The notes: a model not told the origin generated them from the sequence alone. 64,000 nt of DNA from Octopus vulgaris (GCA_951406725.2 OX597836.1:41168001-41232000); one strand, 5' to 3'. Shown: positions 1 to 16,578, counted from the first letter of the stretch. Program-made: numbers and translations.

Positions 1-3000
1 TGATGTCGGAGGTGCTGTTTCAATGTTGGTGGTGCTGGTATGATGTTGGGGGTGCTGGTGTGATGTTGGGAGTGGTGCTTGTTGTGATGTTGGGGGTGCT
101 GTTTCAAAGTTGGTGGTGCTGGTGTGATGTTGGGAGTGGTGCTGTTGTGATGTTGGGGGTGCTGTTTCAAAGTTGGTGGTGCTGGTGTAATGTTGGGGGT
201 GCTAGTGTGACGTTGTAGGTGGTGCTGTTTCGATGTTGGAAGTGCTGTTGTGATGTTGGAGGTGCTGGTGTGATGTTGGGGTGCTGTTGTGATGTTGGGG
301 GTGCTGTTTTAAAGTTGGGTGTGTAGTTGCGATGTTTGGGGTGATGGTGTGATGTTGGGAGTGCTGGTGTGATGATGGAGGTGCTATAGTGATGTTGGTG
401 GTGCTGGTGTGATGTTGGAGGTGCTGGTATGATGTTGGGGGTGCTGGTGTGATGTTGGTGGTGCTGGTGTGATGTTGGGAGTGGTGCTGTTGTGATGTTG
501 GAGGTGCTGGTATGATGTTGGGGGTGCTGTTGTGATGTTGGAGGTGCTGGTGTGATGTTGGGGTGCTGTTGTGATGTTGGAGGTGCTGGTGTGATGTTGG
601 GGGTGCTGTTGTAATTTTGGGGGTGCTGTCATAAGGTTGGGTGTGTAGTTGTGATGTTGTGGGTGCTGGTGTGATGTTGGGGGTGCTGGTGTGATGTTGG
701 TGGTGCTGGTGTGATGTTGGGGGTGCTAGTGTGACGTTGGGGGTGGTGCTGTTGCGATGTTGGAAGTGCTGGTGTGATGTTGGCGGTGCTGAGATTATGT
801 TGGGGGTGCTGATGTGATGTTGGGTGTACTGTTGTGATGTTGGGGGTGCTGGTGTGATGTTGGAGGTGCTGATGTGATGTTGGAGGTGCTGATGTGATGT
901 TGGGTGTACTGTTGTGATGTTGGGGGTGCTGGTTTGATGTTGGGGGTGCTGGTGTGATGTTGGGGGTGCTGATGTGATGTTGGGGGTGCTGATGTGATGT
1001 TGGGGGTGTTGTTTCAATGTTGGTGGTGCTGGTGTGATGTTGGGGTGCTGTTGTGATGTTGGAGGTGCTGGTGTGATGTTGGGGTTACTGGTATGATGTT
1101 GGGGGTGCTGGTGTGACGTTGGGGGTGCTGGTGTGGCGTTGGGGGTGCTGGTGTGATGTTGGGGGTGCTGTTGTGATGTTGGATGTTGGAGGTGCTGGTG
1201 TGATGTCGGGGTACTGTTGTGATGTTGGGGGGTGCTGGTGTGATGGGAGGTGCTGTTTCAATGTTGGTGGTGCTGGTGTGATGTTGGGGGTGCTGGTGTG
1301 ATGTTGGGGGTGCTGTTTCAAAGTTGGTGGTGCTGGTGTGATGTTGGGGGTGGTGCTGTTTCGATGTTGGAAGTGCTGTTGTGATGTTGGAGGTGCTGGT
1401 GTGATGTTGGGGTGCTGTTGTGATGTTGGGGGTGCTGTTTTAAAGTTGGGTGTGTAGTTGCGATGTTTGGGGTGATGGTGTGATGTTGGTGGTGCTGGTG
1501 TGATGTTGGAGGTGCTGGTGTGATGTTGGGGGTGCTGGTGTGATGTTGGTGGTGCTGGTGTGATGTTGGGGTGCTGTTGTAATGTTGGGGGTGCTGTTCT
1601 AAGGTTGGGTGTGTAGTTGTGATGTTGGGGGTGCTGGTGTGATGTTGGGGGTGCTGGTGTGATGTTGGTGGTGCTGGTATGATGTTGGGGGTGCTGTTTC
1701 AAAGTTGGTGGTGCTGGTGTGACGTTGGGGGTGGTGCTGTTGCGATGTTGGAAGTGCTGGTGTGATGTTGGGGGTGCTGGTATGATGGTGGCGGTACTGG
1801 TGTGATGTTGGGAGTGGTGCTGTTGTGATGTTGGAGGTGCTGATGTGATGTTGGGGGTGCTGTTGTGATGTTGGAGGTGCTGGTATGATGTTGGGAGTGG
1901 TGCTGTTGTGATGTTGGAGGTGATGGTATGATGTTGTGGGTGCTGTTGTGATGTTGGAGGTACTGGTGTGATGTTGGGAGTGGTGCTGTTGTGATGTTGG
2001 AGGTGCTGATGTGATGTTGGAGGTGCTGGTATGATGTTGGGGTGCTGTTGTGATGTTGGAGGTGCTGGTGTGATGTTGGGAGTGCTGTTGTGATGTTGGG
2101 GTGCTGTTGTGATGTTGGAGGTGCTGGTGTGATGTTGGGGTGCTGTTGTGATGTTGGGGGTGCTGTTCTAAGGTTGGGTGTGTAGTTGTGATGTTGGGGG
2201 TGCTGGTGTGATGTTGGGGTGCTGTTGTGATGTTGGGGGTGCTGGTGTGATGTTGGGAGTGCTGTTGTGATGTTGGGGTGCTGTTGTGATGTTGGAGGTG
2301 CTGGTGTGATGTTGGGGTGCTGTTGTGATGATGGGGGTGCTGTTCTAAGGTTGGGTGTGTAGTTGTGATGTTGGGGGTGCTGGTGTGATGTTGGGGGTGC
2401 TGGTGTGATGTTGGTGGTGCTGGTGTGATGTTGGGGGTGCTGGTGTGTTGTTGGTGGTGCTGGTGTGATGTTGGGATTGGTGCTGTTGTGATGTTGGGGT
2501 GCTGTTGTGATGTTGGGGGTGCTGTTCTAAGGTTGGGTGTGTAGTTGTGATGTTGGGGGTGCTGGTGTGATGTTGGGGGTGCTGGTGTGATGTTGGTGGT
2601 GCTGGTATGATGTTGGGGTTGCTGGTGTGATGTTGGGGTGCTGTTGTGATGTTGGGGGTGCTGTTCTAAGGTTGGGTGTGTAGTTGTGATGTTGGGGGTG
2701 CTGGTGTGATGTCGGGGGTGCCGGTGTGATGTTGGTGGTGCTGGTATGACGTTGGGGGTGCTGGTGTGATGTTGGAGGTGCTGGTGTGATGTTGGGGTGC
2801 TGTTGTGATGTTGGGGGTGCTGTTCTAAGTTTGGGTGTGCAGTTGTGATTTTGGGGGTGCTGGTGTGATGTTGGGGGTGCCGGTGTGATGTTGGTGGTGC
2901 TGGTATGACGTTGGGGGTGCTGGTGTGATGTTGGTGATGCTTTTGTGATGTTGGGGTGCTGTTTCAATGTTGGGGGTGCTGATGTGATGTTGGGGGGGTG

Positions 3001-6000
3001 CTGTTGTGATGTTGTTGGGGCTGTTGTGATGTTGGAGGTGCTGGTGTGATGTTGGTGGTTCTGTTTAAATGTTGGGTGTGTAATGGTGTGATGTTGGGAG
3101 TGGTGCTGGTGTGATGTTGGGGGTGCTGGTGTGATGTTGGGGGTGCTGGTATGATATTGGGGGTGCTGGTGTGATGTTGGGGTGCTGTTGTGATGTTGGA
3201 GGTGCTGGTGTGATTTTGGGGTGCTCGTGTGATGTTGTGGGTGGTAGTGTGATCTTAGGGGTGCTGGTGTGATGTTGTGGGTTGGTGCTGTTGTGATGTT
3301 GGGGGTGCTGGTGTGATGTTGGGTGTACTGTTGTTATGTTGGGGGTGCTTGTATGATGTTGGGGTTGCTGGTGTGATGTTGGGGGTGCTGGTATGATGTT
3401 GGTGGTGCTGGTGTGATATTATGGGTGGTGCTGTTGTGATGTTGGGGGTGCTGGTGTGATGTTGGGTGTACTGTTATTATGTTGGGGGTGCTGGTATGAT
3501 GTTGGGGTTGCTGGTGTGTTGTTAGATGTGCATTTGTGATGTTGGGTGTGCTGGTGTGATTTTGGGGTTGCTGGTGTGTTGTTAGGTGTGCATTTGTGAT
3601 GTTGGGGGTTCTGGTGTGATGTTGGGGGTGCTGTTGTGATGTTGGGGGTGCTGGTATGATGTTGTGGGTGCTGGTGTGTTGTTAGATGTGCATTTGTGAT
3701 GTCGGGGTTGCTGGTGTGATGTTGGGGGTGCTGGTGTGATGTTGGAAGTGCTGATGTGATGTTGGGGGTGCTGTTGTGATGTTGCGGGTGCTGGTGTGAT
3801 GTTGGGGGTGCCGGTGTGATTTTGGTGGTGCTAGTATGACGTAGGGGCTGCTGGTGTGATGTTGGGGTGGTGCTGTTGTGATGTTGGAAGTGCTGATGTG
3901 ATGTTGGGGGTGCCGTTGTGATGTTGGAGTTGCTTATTTAATGATGGGTGTGTAGTTGCGATGTTGGGGGTGCTGGTGTGATGTTCGGGATGCTGGTGTG
4001 ATGTTGGGGGTGGTGCTGTTGTGATGTTGGGGGTGGTGCTGTTGTGATGTTGGGGTTGCTGTTGTGATGTTGGGGGTGCTGTTGTTATGTTGGTGTTGCT
4101 GGTGTGAGGTTGGTGGTGCTGGTGTGATGTTAGGGGTGGTGCTGGCATGATGTTGGGGGTGCTATTGTGATGTTGGGGGTGCTATTGTGATGTTGGGGGT
4201 GTTGTTGTTGGTGCTGTTGTGATGTTGGAGGTGCTGGTGTGATGTTGGTGGTGCTGTTGTAATGTTGGGGGTGGTGCTAGTGTGATGTTGAGGGTGCTGG
4301 TGCGTAGTTGGGGGTGGTGCTGGTGTGATGTTTGTTGGGGCTGGTGCGATGTTGGGGTGGGGCCTTTGTGATGTTGGTGGGGCTTGTTTGATGTTGGTGG
4401 TGCTGGTGTGATGTTGGGGGTGGTGCTGGTGTGGTGTTGGGTGTGGTGCTGTTGTGATGTTCGAGGTGCTGGTGTGATTGTTGGGGGTGCTATTGTGATG
4501 TTGGAGGTTTTTTTTTGTGATGTTGTTGGTGCTGGTGCGATGTTTGGGGTGGTGCCGTTGTGATGTTGGTGGTGCTGGTGAGTTGTGGGGGGGGGTGGTG
4601 CTGGTGTGGTGTTGGGGGTGCTGGTGTGATGTTGGGGGTGGTGCCGGTGTGATGTTGAGGGTGGAGCCGGTGTGATGTTGGTGGTGCTGTTTTAAAATTT
4701 GGGTGTGTAGTTGTGATGTTCGATGTGCTGGTATGATGTTGGGGGTGCTGGTGCGATGTTGGGGGTGCTGGTGTGATGTTGGGGGTGGTGCTGGTGTGAT
4801 GTTGGTGGTGCTGTTTAAATGTTGGGTGTGTAGTTGTGATGTTGGGGGTGATGGTGCGATTTTGGGGGAGCTGGTGTGATGTTGGGGGTGCTATTTAAAT
4901 ATTGGGTGTGTAGTTGTGATGTTGGGGGCGCTGGTGTGACGTTGGGGGTGCTGCTGTGATGTTGAACGTGCTGGTATGATGTTTGGGGACGCTAGTGTGG
5001 TTTTGGGGATGCTTGTGTGATGTTGGGTGTACTGTTGTGATGTTGGGGTTTCTGGTGTGATGTTGGGAGTACTGGTGTGGTGTTGGGGATATTGCTGTGA
5101 TGTTGGGGGTGCTGGTGTGATGTTGGGGTTGCTGGTGTGATGATGGGGGTGCTAGTGTGATGTTGGGGGTGTTGGTGTGATGTTGTGGGTGCTGGTGTGA
5201 TGTTGGGGGTTCTTGTGTGATGATGGGTGTGCTGGTGTGATGTTGGGCGTGATGGTGTGATGTTGGAAGTTCTGGTGTGATGTTGGGGATGGTGCTGTTG
5301 TTATGTTGGGGGTGCTGATGTGAAGTTTTGGGTGCTGGTTTTGTGTTGGTTGTACTGGTGTGATGTCGGGGGTGCTTGTGTGATGATGGGGGTGCTATTG
5401 TGATGTTGGGGGTGCTGATTCGATGTTGGGGGTACTGGTGTGATGTTGCGGTTGGTGCTGTTGTGATGTTAGAAGAGCTTATGTGATGTTGGGGGCGATG
5501 TTGTGATTTTGGGGGTGGTGCTGTTGTGATGTTGGAAGTGCTGATGTGATGTTGGGGGTGCTGTTGTGATTTTAGTGGTGCTGGAGCGATGTTTGGTGTG
5601 GTGCTGTTGTGATCTTTGGGCTGCTGGTGTGATGTTGGGGATTTTGGTGAGATGTTGGGTTGCTGGTGTGATGTTGGAGGTGGTGCTGTTGTGATGTTGG
5701 AGGTGCTGGTGTGATGTTGAGGGTAGTGCTATTGTGATGTTTCAGGTGCTGATGTGATGTTGGAGGTGCTGATGTGATGTTGGGGCTGCTGTTGTGATTT
5801 TGGTTGTGCTGGTGTGATGTTGTGGGTGTGCTGTTGTGATGTTGGAGGTGCTGGTGTGATGTTGGGGGTGCTGTTTTAATGTTCGGTGCGTAGTTGTTAT
5901 GTTGGTGGTGCTGGTATGATGTTAGGGGTACTGGTGTGATGTTGGAGGTGCAGCTGTGACGTTGGAGGTGCTGCTGTGATGTTTGGGCTTGTGCTGTTGT

Positions 6001-9000
6001 TATTCTGGGTTTGCTGTTTTAATGTTGGGTGTGTATTTGTGATGTTGGGTGTGTAGTTGTTATGTTGGGGTTACTGGTGTGAAGTTTGGGGTGGGTGTGG
6101 TGTTTTGAGTGCTAGTGTGATGTTGTGGGTGCTGGTGTGCTGTTGGGTGTGCTGGCGTGACGTTGGGGGTGCTGGGTTGAGGTTGAATGTGCTGGTGTGA
6201 TTTTGGGGGCGTTAGTGTGGTGTTGGGTGTGCTGGTATGATGTTGGGGGTGCTTTTGTGATGTTGGGGTTACTTGTGTGATGATGGGGGTGCTAGTGTGA
6301 TGTTGGGGGTGCTGGTGTGTTGTTAGGTGTGGTGGTGTGGTGCTGTGAGTGCTGGGGTGATGTTGGATTTGCTTGTGTGATGTTAGGTGTGCTGGTGTGG
6401 TACTGTGAGTGCTAAGGTGATGTTGAGAGTGCTGATGTTGAGAGTGCTGGGGTGCTGGGTTGAGGTTGAATGTGCTGGTGTGATTTTGGGGGCGCTAGTG
6501 TGGTGTTGGGTGTGCTGGTGTGACGTTGGCGTTGCTTTTGTGATGTTGGGGGTACTTGTGTGATTATGGGGGTGATAGTATGATGTTGGGGGTGCTGCTG
6601 TGATGTTGGGCGTGCTGGATTGATGTTGGAGGTGCTGGTGTGATGTTGGGGGTGCTGGTGTGATGGTGGGGATACAGGTGTGATGTTGGGTGTGCTGGTG
6701 TGATGGTGGGGGTACTGGTGTGATGTTGGGGGTGCTGGTGTGATGGTGGGGGTACTGGTATGATGTTGGCTGTGCTGGTATGATGTTGGGGGTGCTGGTG
6801 TGATGGTGGGGGTACTGGTGTGATGTTGGGGGTGCTGGTGTGATGGTGGGGGTACTGGTGTGATGTTGGGGGTGCTGGTGTGATGGTGGGGGTACTGGTG
6901 TGATGTTGGGGTTGCTGGTGTGATGGTGGGGATACTGGTGTGATGTTGGGGGTGCTGGTCTGATGGTTGGGGTACTGGTGTGATGTTGGGGGTGCTGGTC
7001 TGATGGTGGCGTTACTGGTGTGATGTTGAAGGTGCTGGTGTGATGGTGGGGGTACTGGTGTGATGTTGAGGGTGCTGGTGTGATGTTGAGGGTGCTGGTG
7101 TGATGGTGAGGGTACTGGTGTGGTGTTGGAGGTGCTGGTATGATATTGGTGGTTCTTGTATGACGTTGTGGGTACTGTAGTGATGTCGGCTGTGTTGGTA
7201 TGATGTTGGGGGTGCTGGTGTGATGGTGGGGGTACTGGTGTGATGTTGGGGGTGCTGGTGTGATGGTGGGGGTACTGGTCTGATGTTGGGGGTGCTGGTT
7301 GATGGTGGAGGTACTGGTGTGATGTTGGGGGTGCTGATGTGATGGTGGGGGTACTGGTGTGATGTTGGAGGTGCTGGTGTGATGGTGGGGGTAATGGTGT
7401 GATGTTGGGGGTGCTGGTGTGATGTTGGATTTACTTGTATGATGTTGGGGGTGCTGGTGCGATTTTGGGTGTACAGGTATGATTTTGGAGGTGCTGGTGT
7501 GATGGTGGGGGGTATTGGTATGATGTTGGGGGTGCTGGTGCGATGTTGGGGGTACTGGTATGATGTTGGGGGTGCTGGTGTGATGGTGGGGGTACTGGTG
7601 TGATGTTGTGGGTGCTGGTGTGATGGTGGGGGGTACTGGTATGATGTTGGGGGTGCTGGTGTGATGGTGGGGGTACTGGTATGATGTTGGGGTGCTGGTG
7701 TGATGGTGGGGGAACTGGTATGATGTTGGGGGTGCTGGTGTGATGTTGGGGGTACTGGTATGATGTTGGGGTGCTGGTGTGATGTTGGGGGTGCTGGTGT
7801 GATGTTGGGTGTGGTAGTGTGATGTTGGGCGTGCTGATGTGATGTTGGGGGTGCTGGTGTGATGTTGGGGGTGCTGGTGTGGTGTTTTTTGTGCTAGTGT
7901 GTTGTTAGGTGTGCATTTGTGATGTCGGGATTGCTCGTTTGATGGTGGGTGTGCTGGTGTGATTTTGGGGGTACTTGTGTTATGTTGGGGGTACTGGTAT
8001 GATGTTGGGGGTGCTGGTGTGATGTTGGGGGTACTGGTATGGTGTTCGGGGTGTGTGTGATGATGGGTGTACTTGTGTGATGATGGGGGGTGCTGGTGTG
8101 ATGTTGGGGGTGTTGGTGTGATGTTGGGTGTACTGTTGTGATGTTGGGGATGCTGGTGTGATGTTGGTAGTACTGGTGTGATGTTGGGGTGCTGTTGTGA
8201 TGTTGGGGGTGCTGGTGCGATGTTGGGGATGCTGGTATGATGTTAACGGTGCTGTTGTCATGCTGGGTGTGCTGTTGTAATGTTGGTGTTGTTGGTGCGA
8301 TGTTGGGGGTGCTGGTGCAATGTTCGGGGTAGTGCTTTTGTGATTTTGGGGGTGCTGGTGTGATGCTGGGGATTTTGGTGTGATGTTGGGAGTGCTGGTT
8401 TAATGGTGGGGGTGCTTGTGTGATGTTGGGGATGCTGGTGTAATGTTGGGGATAGTGCTATTGTGATGTTGGAGGGGATGATGTGATGTTGGTGGTGCTG
8501 GTGTGAATTTGGGGGTGCTGATGTGATGTTGGGGGTGGTGCTGTTGTGAATGTTGGGTTTGCTGGTGCTGATGTTGGAGGTGTGTGATGTTGGAGGTGCT
8601 GGTGTGATGTTGGGGGTGGTGCTGTTGTGATGTTGGAGTTGCTGATATGATGTTGGGGGTGCTCTTTCAATGTTGGGTGTGTAGTTGTGATGTTGGGTTG
8701 CTTGTATGATGTTGGGCGTGCTGGTGTGATGTTGGGGGTGCTGGTGTGATGTTGGGGGTGCTGGTGTGATGTTGGGAGTGGGCTTTTGTGATGTTATAGG
8801 TGCTGTTGTGATGTCGGTGGTGCTGGTATGATGTTGGGGGTACTGGTGTGATGTTGGGGGTGGTTCTGCTGTGATGTTGAGGGTGCTGGTGTGATGTTTG
8901 GGCTTGTGCTCCTGTGATGTTGGGTTTGCTGTTTTAATGTTGGGTGTGTAGTTGTGATGTTGGGTGTGTAGTTGTGATGTTGGGGTTGCTGGTGTGAAGT

Positions 9001-10815
9001 TTAGGGGTGTGGGTTTGGTGTTTTGAGTGCTAGTGTGATGTTGTGGGTGCTGTGGGTTTGGGTGTGCTGGTGTGACGTTGGGTGTGCTGGTGTGATTTTG
9101 AGCGTGCTGGTTTTATGTTGGGGGTGCTTTTGTGATGATGGGGGTACTGTTGTGATGTTGGGGGTACTTTTGTGATGTTTGGTGTGCTGGTGTTATTTTG
9201 GGGTCCTGGTGTGATGTTGGGGGTACTGGTGTGATGTTGGGGGCATTGATATGATGTTGGGGTTGCTGGTGTGATGTTGGGGGTACTGGTATAATGTTGG
9301 TGGTACTTTTGTGATTATGGGGGTGGTGATGTTGTGATGTTGGAGCTCCTGGTGTGATATTGGGGGTGCTGTTTCAATGTTGGGTGTGTAGTAGTGATGT
9401 TGGGGGTGCTGGTTTGAGGTTGGGGGTCCTGGTGTGACGTTAGGGGTGATTGTGTGATGTTGGGGGTCGTGATTGTGTGATGCTGTAGGTGCTGGTGTGA
9501 TGTTGGTAGTGCTGTTTTAATGGGGGGTGTAGTTCTGATGTTGGGGTTTTGGTGTGTTGTTGGGGTGCTGGTATGATGTTGGGGGTGGTGCTCTTGTGAT
9601 GTTGGAGGTTCCGATATGATGTTTGGGGTACTGTTGTGAGTTTGGTATTGCTGGTGTGATGTTGGGGGTGATGCTGCTGTGATGTTGGAGGTGCTGTTGT
9701 GATGTTGGGGTTGCTGGTGTGATGTTGGGGTTGCTGGTGTGATGTTGGGGGTGCTGGTGTGATGTTGGGTGGTACTGTTGTGATGTTGGGGGTGCTGGTA
9801 TGATGTTGGGGTTGCTGGTGTGGTGTTGTGGGTGCTGGTGTGTTGTTAGGTGTGCATTTGTGATGTCGGGGTTGCTGGTGTGATGTTGGGAGTGCTGCTG
9901 TGATGTTGGGGGTTGCTCCATGTTCTGTGTACTGGTACGATGTTGGGGGTGTGGTTGTGATGTTGGGTGTACTGGTATGATGTTGGGGGTGCTGTTGCGA
10001 TGTTGGGGATACTGGTATGATGTTGGGGGTGCGGTTGTGATGTTGGGTGTACTGGTATGATGTTGGGGGTGCTGTTGTGATGTTGGGGATACTTGTATGA
10101 TTTTGGGGGTGCTGTTGTGATGTTGGGGATACTGCTACGATGTTGGGGGTGCTGTCGTGATGTTGGGGATACTTGTATGATTTTGGGGGTGCGGTTGTGA
10201 TGTTGGGGATACTGCTACGATGTTGGGGGTGCGGTTGTGATGTTGGGGGTGCTGGTATGATGTTGTGGGTACTGGTATGATGTTAGCGGTGCTGTTGTGA
10301 TTTTGAGAGTGCTGGTGTGATGTTTGGTGTGCTTTTGTGATGTCGGGGTTGCTGGTGTGATATTGGGGGTACAGGTGTGGTGTTGAGATTGCTGGTATGA
10401 TGCTGGGTGGTACTGTTGTGATGTTGTGGTTGCTCGTGTGATGTTGGGTGTGCTGGTGTGATGTTAGCAGTGCTGTTGTTATGTTGGGTGTGCTGGTGTG
10501 GGGATGTTGTTGGTTCTGGTGTGATGTTGGGAATGCTGTTGTGATGTCGGGGTTGCTGGTGTGATGTTGGGTTGTGATGTGTTGTTGGTGGAGTGTTTTT
10601 GTGATGTCGTGGGTGCTGGTGTGATGTTGGGGGTACTGTTATGATGTTGGAGGTGCTGGTGTGATGTTGGGGGTACTGTTATGATGTTGGAGGTGCTGGT
10701 GTGATGTTGGGAGTGCTGTTATGATGTTGGAGGTGCTGGTGTGATGTTGGAGGTCCTGGTGTGATGCTGGAGGTGCTGGTGTGCTGTTGGGGGTGCTGGT
10801 GTGATATTGGCGGTG
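1..10815. repeat. G/T-rich satellite, ~20-bp unit TGATGTTGGGGGTGCTGGTG (19- and 23-bp variants), running off the window start
   Basis: Unit visible continuously for 10.8 kb; progressively more diverged, with local 40-bp higher-order blocks. Confidence 0.97.
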
Positions 10816-10816
10816 G

Positions 10817-11008
10817 AGAGTTCACAAAGAAAACAAAAGAGGAAGGCATGTGGTGTATAAAACAAACAGATGTATTAGTATAACGCTCATGAAATTAAAA
10901 AGTATTTTACGTTTCAAGCCTACGCTCTTCTACAGAAAGGGACACAAAAAAAAAAACAAGGAGAGAAACAAGGAAAGAAAGCAAATGCCTGTAGTGGCTA
11001 TCGATCTA
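10817..11008 (-). mobile_element. Penelope-like (pLTR-type) short element, family G, with minimal hammerhead-like motif at 10905-10938
   Basis: Homologous to 45286-45480 and 59383-59502; minus strand TTT-CTGTAGA-A-GAGC gtag GCTT-GAA-ACGT-A-AAA. Confidence 0.6.
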
Positions 11009-11044
11009 CACACACACACACAAACACACATATATATATATATT

Positions 11045-11390
11045 TACTCATATACTCTTACTTGTTTCAGTCATTTGACTGCGGCTATGCTAGAGCACCG
11101 CCTTTAGTCGAGCAAATCGACTCCGGGACTTATTCTTTGTAAGCCTAGTACTTATTCTATCGTTCTCTTTTGCCGAACCGCTAAGTTACGGGGACGTAAT
11201 CACACCAGCATCGGTTGTCAAGCGATGTTGGGGAGGACAAACACAAACACAGAAACATATATACATACATACACATATATTTACACATATACCGAGGCTA
11301 TAGCAAAAGACACTCGCCTAAGATGCCACACAGTGGGACTGAACCCGGAACCATGTGGTTGGTTACTTACCACACAGCCACTCCTGCGCC
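11045..11390 (-). mobile_element. tRNA-derived SINE family S1 (head GGCGCAGGAGTGGCTGTGTGG), partly deleted
   Basis: Matches many other copies in window; tRNA-like head with B-box-like GGTTCAGTCC and AAGAGT-type tail. Confidence 0.85.
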
Positions 11391-12922
<1,532 letters not shown>

Positions 12923-13319
12923 CTTTTTTACGTCATAATTACAACGACAACATACCGTCCGGATACTCACGGTCTAAAAACTGTTACGATCGGCACTAAT
13001 TTGCATTAATTATTAAACTTAATTTGCACTTAATTATCAAAGTAAATTTATTCCTCGTTTAATTTGGATGTGACCAATCGCTCTTTCGGAAACACCACCA
13101 AACAGGAAAGACTTCAGAGCTAACCGTTCCGGAAAATCGATGTCGTTACCTGTAATATTTACTCATACGAACGCATACACGCATACTTGCATTTAAACAC
13201 ACATACACACAGACATGCGCATACACACACTCATACACAAACACACACAGAGACACACACACACATGCACACACACATACATACACACATTCAGCTATAC
13301 ATATATTATCACAGCCATA

Positions 13320-13739
13320 TACTCTCTCTTTTACTATTTTACTTGTTTCAGTCATTTGACTGCGGCCATGCTGGAGCACCGCCTTTTAGTCGAGCAACTC
13401 GACCCCGGGACTTATTCTTTGTAAGCCCAGTACTTATTCTATCGGTCTCTTTTGCCGAACCGCTAAGTAACGGGGACATAAACACACCAGCATCGGTTGT
13501 CAAGCAATGCTAGGGGAACAAACACACAAACATACACGCACACACACATACACACACATATATACATATACATATATATACGACGGGCTTCTTTTCAGTT
13601 TCCATCTACCAAATCCACTCACTTTGGTCGCCCCGAGGCTATAGTAGAAGACACTTGCCCAAGGTGCCGCGCAGTGAGACTGAACCCGGAACCATGTGGT
13701 TGGTAAACAAACTACTTACCACACAGCCACTCCTGCGCC
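13320..13739 (-). mobile_element. SINE S1, full length
   Basis: Head, ACCTTGGGCAAGTGTCTT core, internal microsatellite, tail. Confidence 0.9.
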
Positions 13740-13974
13740 TATATGTAAATATATTTATAGGACACGATATCGTATGGATACGAAGAAGGTGTGTAGCGTT
13801 GTTTATGCCTTTCAAAGCAGCTTTTGAAGATGAATCATTTGTATAATCCACAAACGGTTGAATTAACGGGGACCTTCGGTAGGCTGTACAGAAAATTGGG
13901 AACGATGTTACGTCACAGCGCACATTGTTTTATATATATATATGTATGTGTATATATATGTATATGTATATGTG

Positions 13975-14015
<41 letters not shown>

Positions 14016-14051
14016 TTGTATATATATGTATGTATGTATATATATATATAC

Positions 14052-14127
<76 letters not shown>

Positions 14128-14181
14128 ATATATATATATGTATATATATATGTGTATGTTTGTATATGTATACGTATGTAT

Positions 14182-14254
<73 letters not shown>

Positions 14255-14370
14255 TACACATATACACATGCATATACATATGTATGTATATATATATCTG
14301 TGTATATGTGTGTGTGTGTGTATATATGTATGTATATATATTTATATATATGTATATATATGTATGTATA

Positions 14371-14406
<36 letters not shown>

Positions 14407-14637
14407 TGTATGTGTGAGTGTGTATTGCTGCTGAGACCTTCTTCTGACTGACTGTGGGATCGCACCTAGTAGTTCCCCTCCCAGGCACAAGTCCGGCAAG
14501 ATTGTTTATGGAAGACCAAGCAGTCGCCCATGCTTACCAGCCTCCCCTCTCTACGCTACCAGTGTGTGTATGTATATATATATATATTATATATTCATTA
14601 TATATTATATTTATTATATATTATTTATTATAAATAT

Positions 14638-15020
14638 GTGGAGGCGCAATGGCCCAGTGGTTAGGGCAGCGGACTCGCGGTCGGAGGATCGTGGTTTCAA
14701 TCCCCAGACCAGGCGTTGTGAATGTTTATTGAGCGAAAACACCTAAAGCTCCACGAGGCTCCGGCAGGGGGTGGTGGTGAACCCTGCTGTACTCTTCCGC
14801 CCCAACTTTCTCTCATTCTTTCCTCCTGTTTCTGTTGTACCTGTATTTCAAAGGGCCCAGCCTTGTCACACTCTGTGTCATGCTGAATCTCCCCGAGTAC
14901 TACGTTAAGGGTACACGTGTCTATGGAGTACTCAGCCACTTGCACGTTAATTTCACGAGCACGCTGTTCCGTTGGTCGGACCAACTGGAACCCTCGTCGT
15001 CGCAACCGACGGAGTGCCAC
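14638..15020 (+). mobile_element. tRNA-derived SINE family S2 (head GGAGGCGCAATGGCCCAGTGGTTAGGGCAGCGG), tail type 1
   Basis: A box TGGCCCAGTGG and B box GGTTTCAATCC; homologous to 20461-20840 and 53848-54280. Confidence 0.9.
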
Positions 15021-15033
15021 GATTATATATACA

Positions 15034-15604
<571 letters not shown>

Positions 15605-16088
15605 TATATATTTATTTTAAATATTTATTAATGTGCAAAGGGATGAGCACTCCACGGGCACTTGTACCCCTAATGTAGTTCGTAGGGAGTATGATAAGGG
15701 TGGCCCTTTTGGATTACAGCTACAACTCATTTTTGCGGGCTGAGAGAATTGGAGCAGCATAAAATGAAATGTCTTGCTTAAGGACACGACGCGCCGCCAG
15801 GAATCGAACTCACGGCCTTACGATATTGAACCGAGCGTCCCTAAAACTTAACCTACACACTGACATACACACATGTATGTATAAATTACTCCCCGCCGCG
15901 CCCCGTATGGAACGTCAGTATGGAATGTCACATGGTTACCCACTTACAGTTGAGGGAATAGGAGCAATGTGGAATAATGATTTTGTTTTTTTGTTTTTTT
16001 TGCTCAAGAACCCCCCAACGCGTCACCGGCCTGGGAATCGAAACACCGATGTTGTGATCGCGAGTACAACACCTTAGCCCAGTATGCC

Positions 16089-16125
<37 letters not shown>

Positions 16126-16180
16126 ACACATACACACATACACACACAAACACACACACACATACACACACACATACACA

Positions 16181-16238
<58 letters not shown>

Positions 16239-16578
16239 TCATTTTGGGGTCACCGAGATTAGAGGAAGGAAGGGCGGGCAGTAGGGAATCGAAGAACGAT
16301 GAAGATAATTCCAAACGAATTCTTGCAAACTCTGCAAAGAGTACCCAAGAAACCGGGATTGGTGCTTCACTGAGCAACGAAATAAGCGTGGCCATAGGTC
16401 AACTCTGACCTGTAGACCATTCGTAGAGAGTTGACGCCAGAATCTATATATTGTTTAAACATGTGACTATATGCTGAGATTAATTTTAAATACCTACTAA
16501 AACAGTAGGTATTTAAAATAAAAATAAAAATAAAAATTCTTTTTATTTGGTGAGAAGTAGGGGTATACTATCTCTAAA

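Noticed and set aside
202-9921. His/Pro/Thr-rich ORFs on the minus strand of the satellite
   Set aside because: The 20-bp unit is not a multiple of 3 and frames shift constantly; these are by-products of a stop-poor repeat, not a mucin gene
1-10815. Telomeric repeat or CRISPR array
   Set aside because: No TTAGGG array and no unique spacers between repeats; the context is eukaryotic
14638-14712. tRNA gene
   Set aside because: The tRNA-like head continues into a SINE body in many copies; no proper acceptor stem
16235-16410. Non-repetitive open frames that might be an exon or an RLE retroelement end
   Set aside because: No clear motif or splice signals; similarity too weak to call
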